Positions 53,753 to 64,000 of a stretch of 64,000 nucleotides of DNA are shown here, piece by piece. The DNA lies in contig NC_134025.1 of assembly GCF_964204645.1 (NCBI RefSeq), positions 11,284,001 to 11,348,000 on the forward strand, in the 5' to 3' direction. A program made the position numbers and the translations under genes. Each line of letters opens with the position of its first letter. Position 1 is the first letter of the stretch. This stretch comes from Tubulanus polymorphus. Its lineage: Eukaryota > Animalia > Nemertea. The notes under the pieces were generated by a model. That model had not been told where the DNA came from. It worked only from the letters and a program-made list of their open reading frames with translations, and ran no database searches.

Positions 53753-56700
53753 AGGTTTCCTCGATGCAAATCGATGTAATGGTTGATACTGCCGCGGTAG
53801 ATTATTGCGTTACGTCGGCAAAACGTCGAACTCGGCGCTGATTGGCTCGAAGTGTTGACCCGCGCGAACAGCGATACGTCTCGAGTGTGCGTTAACGCGA
53901 TCACCATAGCAACGCTGTCAATCATTGAAACCCGAGCCGCTAAGAGGTGTTGATCTGCATAAACACCAATGAATAGTTTATTAATTTTCGAATAGCTTCG
54001 TGGATCTTCTAAAGGCAAAAGTTACGTTATTATTTGAACAAATTCACACGGACTTTCCCTGCAGAAAATTAGTCCAATATACCAACGCACGAGTCGATAT
54101 CCACCAAGTCGATTTTCACTCCACTGTTTAATCGAACGATTCCGTCATTCCGACTAGTGCGACAGATTTCCTTGCATCCGTCTCTTGGAAATATCAAATT
54201 TCACGGTCTCTATCCGACTTCGGACCATTGTGCTCCAGCCAGTCGCCAAATTTCACTTGACAATGCGCGTCAGTCGAATGGGGAGACATAAATATAGGGC
54301 TACGGCGAAGCTGTCACCAGCGAAAGATGGAATCTAGAGATAAGAAATCAGGCCCGCCGGCAAAGCTAAAGATAATCAAGAACTACATGCACCAAAGCCC
54401 CTACGACGAACCGCCTCCTGAATCAATTCTCTAACACAAATTACATCCACGTAATCGCGACAAACATCAAAGTTCGCTGTGGTGGCTTTAAATAATTAAA
54501 TGGCTCCATCAAATCTTGACGGCGGGCCCAATTTTAAAAAATAATGCTGCCTTTTACCGTCCGTCTTTGTGCGACGGCGGCTAAAACCGACGCGAACGGT
54601 TCGTACGTACGAGTACTGGCGCTGTTCTTATCAAATTGAAAATCGGTCTGTGTATTGTTTTTAACGTGAGAATGCGGTCATGTAAATTGGCAATGTTCGG
54701 TGATTTCCAGTTGCCTCGGCAGCCTATATTTCTTAATGACTATCGAGTTATTCTGGTAACTTAATCTGTTGTACTTCAATCAGTGAACCTCTGCACGCTT
54801 CAGCAACACCACCTGTAGCAACAAAACTTGACACGTCCCAGATATCGATAAGTTTCTACCTCGACGGAAAGGTTGCTATGTCTACGCCTGTATCTAAAAA
54901 GTCGGTTGATGTAAATAGCCTGACAAGAACCGGTAAACTGTGGTGGTGTATCCAGACACAAAAATCGTCGAGTTTTCAGTCGAACGCGTTGTAAAATACG
55001 TACTGTCTAAAGAAATTAAACGATAAAGGTAAGTGCATAGGCCTTTCCGAAACGAGTCGAGAAAATGTCACAGCACGACTTTCGACCGGCTTATTTTCAC
55101 GACGAATACGATGTAATGTTACATCATCCCGCGTGTGTTGTCAGTAGCAGATTAATAACTCCAGCTTTGTTTACGATGACGACACACCCAAACTTTTCCA
55201 CGACAACTGTGAACTTCGATGAAAGTATACCCCAGCTCCTCGTGAACACGATATGATATAGGTAGATGTATATTCGAAATCTGTCTCCACGCTATAAAGG
55301 CTTGACGAGAGCGGCTCTTGAAAAAACTGCTACCCACGCTCGGGCCAGGTGGGTTCTGTAATACCGAACGGCCCTTGAAGAGTCCACTATACAAATACGT
55401 TGATATTTTATTGCTTTCAAAATGAGTCGGGGGGTAAATGGCTATTCACGAATGTTATCTATTGCAGATTGGCTTCGTGAATGTATCCTTTATCACAGAC
55501 GATAGTATATTCGAGAATGAACGTATATTATGAAGCGAGGCTTTCATTTAGCGAAAGAAAATTTTCCGCTTCGTCGACGATCGACAATCGACGCCGTTAT
55601 CTCCCAACAATAAATTGATGGTATCAAAATTTGATTGACAGAAAATGACTTCGCCGCGTTTTGCCGTATTATTGCGTCTGTATTCGTTTAAAGAATGCCA
55701 CCATTGTTGAGTAATCATCATAACAGAAAAATTACTTTTAAGATTCGTCACGAACAGGTTTGGTGTGGTTTCGCGTTTTCTTTGTTTTTTTTTTTCTATT
55801 ATCATTAGGTATATGTACGTATATGTACGTATCGGTTTTTGGAATATGAATTCGAGTTCTTGCTTGTTTGAGGAACTGCGTCGAAATAGAATCCCCATGG
55901 CTCATCAAACTGGAACTTGTTATGTATCTTATACCCTTGACTGATCTAAACAATATCTAAACTGGCCGGACCTCAGGTCTAATTTCCCAGGCATGTACCG
56001 CCCATGTCTGAGACCTGGTTTTGGGACCTGGATTATCTCTCGATTCATTCTGCTCAGACCGGTGAGACTTCGTGACTCGAAGCTGTCAGTTTTCGTAAAC
56101 CGAAATGTGTGCCACCCTTGTTTACGTTATGCAATTGATCAGAAATCGAATGAGATTTATTCTCAATAGCTCCAGGTGGGGGCCGGCTGCATTCCGCCGC
56201 CGAGGTGTTGACCCGGCCGGCACGCATTTCGACGTATAGTCCAAGTGACAGGCTAAACACAGTAGCCGTGGCAGGAACACAACGGTTCCGTTTTCACTCG
56301 GCAAATATTTGTCGAATTTAATTTGCGGGCAAACAAAACGCGTTTCACAACAGACTTGAAATCAAATATTAGGTTAACTGTGTGAATACGAATTTTTGTC
56401 ATTAACTAAGCTAGCACGTCGTCAGTTGTGTAAATAACCCATCCAAGACACACGGGCATGAATCGTATTTCCTATTTTCTAAGCGTTCGTCATCCGAGCC
56501 TATTTTTGTTCGGATTAAGTATACAACACTCGTTCGCAATTTTTAAACAGCAGCTGAATAGAGGGTTTTCGAAAGTGCCCGCACTATTCAGAAAAAAAGT
56601 TCTGATTTCCCTGTCCGTTAATAAGTATAAACGCACTATATAAGTATAAACGCACTATTTCAGAAATTACAAAGATTTAAAAGCGTCACCTTTTAATCTT

Positions 56701-59699
56701 TAAAATTTTACTTTTAGTGGGTTTCAAACTTATTTTCTATTCCCCTCTTCGGAGTGTGGCTATACTACTCCCAGTCCATTCATTACCCTCTTGCAAAGTT
56801 GGCTTCCTATGAATATTCACAGGCTTACTGAAAACGTGATTACTTTGGCTCGCGGTTCATTTCAACATTTCAAATAATAATCTTAAGTCAAACTTAACTT
56901 TTAGTGTCGTCGTCAATTATTGATGACGACACTAAAAGTTAAGTTTGACTAGAACGATTCTCAGGATTAGAATAATGATGACGTCATTAAAACAACGAAC
57001 TTCAGGCGACCAGAAAATCTGTTCGTTATAACCGATATATCTCGCTCTACGAGCAATCATCTCAAGGTTATATCTAGTCAGAAAGTAATTGATATCGTCA
57101 TATTTGGGACGAAATTCGAGTGTTATATAACCGATAAATCCGAGGTCGTTAAAACGACGTTCCACTGTAAAAAAACAATAATGTTCGAATGGCCAAGGTC
57201 GAGGAAATACCATCGAAGGTTATAGCTTAGATGTTGATGCCGTTTCGACGTTCGAGTCTCATTTTCCTAGGATGTTTAGCTTATTTGAAAGCGTCGGATG
57301 GTCCTGGCCACCGTGCAAGCCGGCGTCGAGTTGATCGAATGCTAGAAAACATCGATCGATGCGTTATATGTTTATGAAGAGTGCAGGAGAGAGTGATATC
57401 AAATTACGAGGTTTGTTTGACGAGTTTGTGAAGTGTAACGCGACACACAATGGCACTTCATATACTCATATCAGCCGCCATTGCCATCATCATCAAAACA
57501 GTAGTCCTTCTTGCAAATTCATGGACGTATATAATAGACGTCCATGTTGCAACGGAGTCAATAGAAAATGATAGACTTGCCAAGCGTTTTACATATTTGT
57601 TTTTATCGAGGCTCTAGACCTACTTCTGGTGGTTGCAATATCGTGTTTTTCAACAATTTTCTTCGATAAATCATCTGTATATACTTTTATGATTTCTAAA
57701 CGCATTTCGTTTTCGCGATAAAATGGAAGATTTTTCAGAAAAGGAATCATGGCTACAGACGTGAACGTATAGTGAGTACAGTGAGGTACGATTGAGACCC
57801 CCAAACATGGCATCGGTCGTTTCAACATTGTACCAGGATACGTCGGAAGACTTAACACCCGAAGAAGGAATGTGTTAATGTGTATAATTTGGGTCTATTG
57901 TTTGCTGTGATTGAAGGAAAGGCTGCGTTAATGGGACTTGCCCTGTCTTTAGGAGAAATCTGGCTCGGCATTTTAGATATTAAGTTTCAGCTGCGAAGAT
58001 TAGGTTTCAAATTTCACCATGGTTAGAATCAATTATCCTGTCATGTTCGGAACTAGCCACTTCACTCCGAACTCCCAGCAAGAACCCCAGCATTTTTTGT
58101 CCAGACTGAAGCATTCTGCCCCGGCGTCTGTGCATGTCAGCTGAGCTAAACACTACAAAGGTATTTGTCCAATAATCATAACTTTGTCAGCGCGCCGGAG
58201 GGGATCACAAGTTATCGAATGGCCCTAGAAAACTTCAATTACCCCTAGTTTGGGGATCAGTTTTCAATAATTCCAAAATGTTGCCGTATCAAATGTCTTG
58301 ATTCAACATAAGTGCTCTCAAAAGGCTTTTGGACGGTCTAAGAATCACGCCCGCTAGTGACATCAAAAGCGGGGCCGATGCCGGCGTCCCCGTCCATAGC
58401 ACGGTCGGATGTAAACATACATGCAGCTATATGTGATACTCGGTAACGCGAGCTGGATGTGGTTTTACCGTCACGTCTAACATGGATCCGTGTGTGGTCA
58501 ACAGATTTAAAGATAAAGAACACTTGAAAAAAAATAACCGTCTAACCATAATTATAATATGATATGAATGATACGATGAAATTTCATTCCCAGTATTTCC
58601 GGGTGTTCAGGGGAAGTAACCGTCGCTGAAATATAATGTTCACAAATTGATCGTATCTCTGAAGTTGCAAAATCAATGATGATGGCATATGATATAGTGC
58701 GCTAGGCCGAACTGTAATTACTAATATCCCTGAGATAACGGGGCAGGTGACACGTCGCGATGAAAGCAAGTATGGCACAGACACCATTAGTTTATAAGAA
58801 TTGCCAGTTCTTTTTAAGAAATGCTCTCGACAAATTGTTCTTAGATTTGAAAACGTAAATGGCTTTGGCCTTTGAATGGGTTTATAATAGGCGTGCAAGT
58901 TCGCAATGTCTGGAGATATTTATTCATTATAAAACATCTTCTTCGTCAAACAAAACGCGCCTTATACGCGCTATTATAGGCGCCGTTCACAACCCACAAT
59001 GATTAACAAAACATGGGTGTATTAACGCCTTTGTCCACCCTAAGAGCTACCCGGGTGTTCGGCTAACGGTGGATTTGAATCGGATGTAGAGGCGCACGGA
59101 CAATATCCAATATTGACTTCAAGAGGCCCGAGAGAGAGACTCATCTAAACGGGTCTTTGTGGAATTGTGAACCGGTTTTGGCGTCGCCAGCGTGGTGCCA
59201 TATTCGCTCGGTGCGATCGCAGCGCCCAGTCTATACTTAATGCGCGGGGAGGCTGACTTTTAGCGCACCCCGCAAGAATCACAATAGTATTTTGTAATTG
59301 TGACCATAAGCGTTAACATTTACTTTCCATTTCCATTAAAATGAGATCTATCTCATGAAACCTAGTCTATCTAATGCAGATCTAGATTCTAGACTAGCCT
59401 TAGTCATATCCGAGCGCAGTGATTTGTAGTGTTCCTTATGATTACATAATTTTGAAATTAGAAAACGCGAAAAAGCATTGGGGCTCGGGTCAAATTTCCA
59501 GTAGACCCACAATCCACGAGCAATCATTGCTCGTATAGAGTATATCAACTTATGTGCGTGCGCACTTGTGTAAATTCAGATAATATTGATGTGTGTATGT
59601 TATTACTGGCGAGCTCAAGTTGTATATATTGATTGATTCAGTATTTTTGCCCGATTAGATTCAATACTTCACGGCAAATTTCTAAAAGAAGTTTTTATA

Positions 59700-60480
59700 C
59701 GTTGCATCAATTTGATACGTGATGGATCGTCATGTCCGCACCCACGATGTTGAAAGGGGGTTCTCGGCTGTCGCACGTGTAGATCAGACATCGGGTGCGG
59801 TCAGGTTTTTGGTGAAAAATGGGTCCCATGTTTCGCAGCACAGGAGAAATGGAGAGAATAAAGCGGCCGACGATTTGGAGTGCATCAGGAATATTTCTGC
59901 CAGGATCGTAAGGTTTTAATAGGGCTGGTCGGTGAGGCGAGTGAACCTACCAAAAGGGGAACAGATGATGCCTAGTCCTAGGGATCAGTATCTATAAAGG
60001 ATATAAAGAGGGTAGTTGTCGGATGTGTCAAAGATCATGTGGGGTCACAGATCGGCCCCAGTCATTGCAGTTTTTAAAAAGCGTGCAATTAGGGCCTTTT
60101 GCAGGATAACTTTGGACTTACTAATGAGGACCAGGTGTATACGTAGAGCAGCCAACTGCTGAGCTGTTCGTGTAAAAGGACAGGGCCGAATTCGTTGAAA
60201 ATGGTGGGCGGGTTGAATAGGAGGGGACGTAAGAGACAGCCCTGTTTGACTCCAAGAGAAGATGATATAGATACGCTAAGGCTATTAGTTTTAATGGAGT
60301 AGTTGGCGTCGGTATACATTATCTGGATTGTGCTAATAAAGTTACCACCAAAGTTTGAGAGGCTTAAATGCCATTTTGGGAGTTTTAATTCAAATGTAGC
60401 TCGGAAGTCAACGAACCTAAGTTTATTGTTCTACGTATTTGTCGATGATGTCAAAATTCTGTAAACGTGATCATAGGAAA
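59700..60480 (-). pseudogene. Degenerate LINE reverse transcriptase remnant
   Basis: ORF 60089-60319 contains GVKQGCLLRPLLFN (RT motif). Upstream FVDFR and GGNFISTIQIMY are in broken frames. Boundaries are approximate. Confidence 0.7.
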
Positions 60481-63400
60481 CGTCGAGCTCTGAGGTCTAT
60501 GCTAAAGGTGGAGTCCATGAAGGGGGCCAGCATTAGCTAAATGAAGATATACACAATAACATTAATGGATCAATAAGTGTTTTCTGGAGTTTCTCGTATT
60601 TTCTACTGATCACATCATCATCATCATCATTAGATTACAGTTATCTATATTCTGTTCATTACAAATGTATGTTCCCGACAACCGATACAGATTGCACATA
60701 ATGTTTTACAATGAAATTTGACGACAGAACCAGAAATTTAAAAAAAAACGTTTAGAAAATTCAAGCAATAAGTGAAATACGGACTATGGAGTACATTATG
60801 AGACACAGAAATTCAGAGGGAATAACGTTATTCAAAAATGGGACCAACCAACCTTTTCACACGAAATAAGCGCTGAATTGCGCCATTTTAGTAAAAGGAG
60901 TTTATAATATTGCCCCTGGCTTGAATATCTCTGTAATGGTAGCGATCATCCTTTCCAATCAGTAAACGGTCGCACTTGGTGACATATGGTTACCGGGCCG
61001 AGTGTTCCGAACAAGGAGACTGCTTGACCTGTTAATCCCGCTGACCAGCTCGACTATTTCGGTTGAATGACGATACCACCACCGAGCCGGATGAATCAAT
61101 ATGTCCGAGCGCCGATGGCAACCACTTACCACAGTATCTAACCGACATGACAACCTCGCTACAATATCTAATTGTGGGCTCACTTGCCGGATTATCGATA
61201 TTTTGAGCAATCAAACTGCGGGCCCAACACGCGTCGCTCAGCGTTGTCCGAGTGGTGCCAGTGGTCAGCGATGTAGGGAGTCACTTTCTAATACAGACCT
61301 TGGAGTAATCAGACTGAATACTCCTTACAGTCCTTTCTCTTTTGAATTTGATAGCTATGACATGGGCGAGTTGAATGGAATGAAATAGTTTTCACTTCTG
61401 GACTTGTTTATTTCTTATGATCTCACATCAGCAGCTATCCTGGAACTATAAAATGCCATCATATCCCTGAACATCCCTGAAAATATGACCATGGAGCTAT
61501 GTTGTTTTACCTACTTAGCGAAACCAATGGCTCAACATATTGACCTTTTTTTAAAAACTGGGGGAGAAGTTTGCCACTCTGCTTAGGATTATCGTTTTCT
61601 GCATTTACCTAATACGTACATTCAAATTCATTCAAATTTCAAATTTTTTCAGGTTAAACGTAAATACAACGCTTGAACATGAACCCAATACACAAGTAAA
61701 TACAAGAAATGGCACAGAAGACAAATTAAAGTATACAACAAAAAAGATAAGAAAATAGGAAATGTTCCTCACCTTTAATTGAATTACATAATGTGTAGAG
61801 ACGATTTTCTGATTTCATGAGGCCGACTTGTGAACTGGTTCTTAATCTATGTATTGCATATTTCATATAAAAGTTATTTGAGGCATAAAGGTAGTTTCCT
61901 AATTTGAATTCACACTACGTAAACAATAATACGATGTCTATATACTACGATTGGTGTTTCACTTTTCCAAAATGTAAAAGACTGAGCTTGTAGCGAATGT
62001 GTGCATTGATTGATTTGGAACTCGAAAAAAAAATTATATGATGATTATATAGCGCTCGAAACAATCGTCTGACGGCGTTACATCACCAATTGATCCGGCC
62101 GACTCTATCATTTGGATCATCTCGGCGCCCGGGGCATTCGATGGTTTAGATTCGGGTCGCCGGGAGGAGTTGACAAAGTTAGCCGAGATTAATTGCACGT
62201 TGTGGTAAGAGTCGCGACGGATCAAGTTTCAAGCCTACTTTCGTATTCATTCAATCAATTTTGTTCAAATTGGATGACTTGGTTGTGTCAATGCTTACAG
62301 CCTAGGCGCGGTGTCGTATTACCATCGGCCGTGTAAGTACCGCGCGCCTACGTCGGCCATCTTAATTATTCGTCACTTTCTCCACTTAACGCATTACAAC
62401 ATTCGGCTGTCATGGGAAGGCGAAATCTGAGACGCCGTAAAGGGTCCTTATGGCTTCCTTTCCTTGATAGATGGCTGCTTTGTGAATTATTGAAAATGCA
62501 AAAATTACTCTTTGTCATGAGTTGAAATCGATACCATCTTGTCGAGTATTTGCATGATGCTAAACATTTAAACATTTCCACGTACACGCGGGATGTTCGT
62601 ATACGGTGGAATGCCGAATAAATCGGGCGACCAGAACCGATATTGAAAATATATATCGCGATATAATATACGTGTAAGCCTGCATTTTTTCAGTAAAGAG
62701 GATTCACCACCTATCATCAAGTAATTAAGTAAGCTATTGAACTATATTGACTTTGGGTACATAAATGTTGAATCAGTATCTCATAGACTTCCCGCTGGAC
62801 AAATTTTATCGCAGAATATATAAGCCTACTCCTATCATCGCAAATAAATGCTGAACACACATTCTTTCGAATTCGGTTTTATATCGAACATACATACAGA
62901 TATATACAAATTGGACAGAATTGACCGAAGTCAATATATATACATATTCAAAAAAATAAAGAATAAGGGGGGAATCATAACGATTTTTCCCTACTTCAAG
63001 ATCTAGACAGGTCGTTAAGGTAGATTTTGATTTGAAGTCAAATAATATTTAAGTAACACGGTTGCCACTTGATGAAGTGCCATCGATTTCAACGCACGGT
63101 GGCACGAAATGTTTACGCGTCGAGAACTTGCGCGCTGGGAGCACTGCGACAAAAAAACGTGGAAGAGCTGTAAGCTGGAGATGTTATGGCGGTGCAATCT
63201 TTCAAATCTATATATTATAAGGCCGTCTCGACAAATTGTTGCTCTGAGTACAGGGCAAACGCGATGCTATATTTTCCACGTTTTTAATGAACGCATTAAA
63301 AATACGTTCGTTATCTATACACAAAGGTGGCAAGATATATGAAAGACCCTATTAGTCCTCGAATGACGACCCGCCATTAAATACTATTGCCATTAATTGA

Positions 63401-64000
63401 ACGATTGTCGCGTTGATGAAGATCGAATATGTATTTGACAGAGATGACACGTGCAATTACGAAGAGGGCAGACGCCGATTAACGATCGTGTATTTAATTT
63501 GACTGGAAACCCTCGCCCGGGATTTGTGCCGACGCCCAGTGACACGAGAACGGCAATATGGCTATTTTGCTTTGTAAAACACCCGACATCAAGCGCGCCT
63601 CGGGCGCTACTGCCGCTAATGAAGAGATTATTTCGCAAGTTCAAGTACAGCCATAGAATCCATGGTGCAAACGCACCGTCGGAAGCACAAAACGCCATTG
63701 CGAAATTGAAAATCGTCGACTGATTTGTAGATTACATAAAAAGATTATAAAGAAATTAAGTTTATATTTCAAATGTGGTTAGAGTTCCAGTATTGGTTTT
63801 CATCAACCTTCAAATGTTAACCATGATACTTGCTTTGCCACTGTTGATTGACGACCGAGCCTACTTTTTTTAGAACACATGCACTTTTTCGGTTTTGATG
63901 CGTGTAATTTAAATTTCAAAATGTAAGTAACTGCAGCATTTTCATCGATACTGCATGTTTACCGATGATATATTACCGGTTTTTGCTGATGGTCGATACC

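Noticed and set aside
54280-54300. TATA-like CTATATTTATG upstream of Six1/2
   Set aside because: Plausible, but cannot be distinguished from background without TSS data.

Overview
Animal (invertebrate bilaterian-like) genomic DNA with introns and many repeats; no prokaryotic features. Three protein-coding genes can be reconstructed by hand with phase-consistent GT-AG splicing. (1) A Six1/2 (sine oculis) homeobox gene on the minus strand, in two coding exons (53107-53705 and 45522-45831). (2) A TMEM86/YhhN-family lysoplasmalogenase-like membrane protein on the plus strand (main exon 34858-35580). (3) A three-exon secreted PAN/apple-like plus C-type-lectin-like protein on the minus strand (27470 to 25296), only partly visible in the ORF track. 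The most striking structure is a ~9 kb nest of non-autonomous Helentron/HINE-like elements at 13955-23103. One copy sits in the microsatellite of a sister copy, and a second family sits inside its 31-bp tandem array. The nest carries a reverse-transcriptase fragment plus 31-bp and ~154-bp satellite arrays, and an 'empty-site' paralogue lies 1.5 kb upstream. The rest is non-coding: many MITEs, a SINE, a LINE remnant, a perfect 700-bp (TGTC)n tract and candidate Six1/2 regulatory sequence, including a Sine oculis consensus site just 5' of the Six1/2 start codon. All family assignments come from motif recognition, not database searches.
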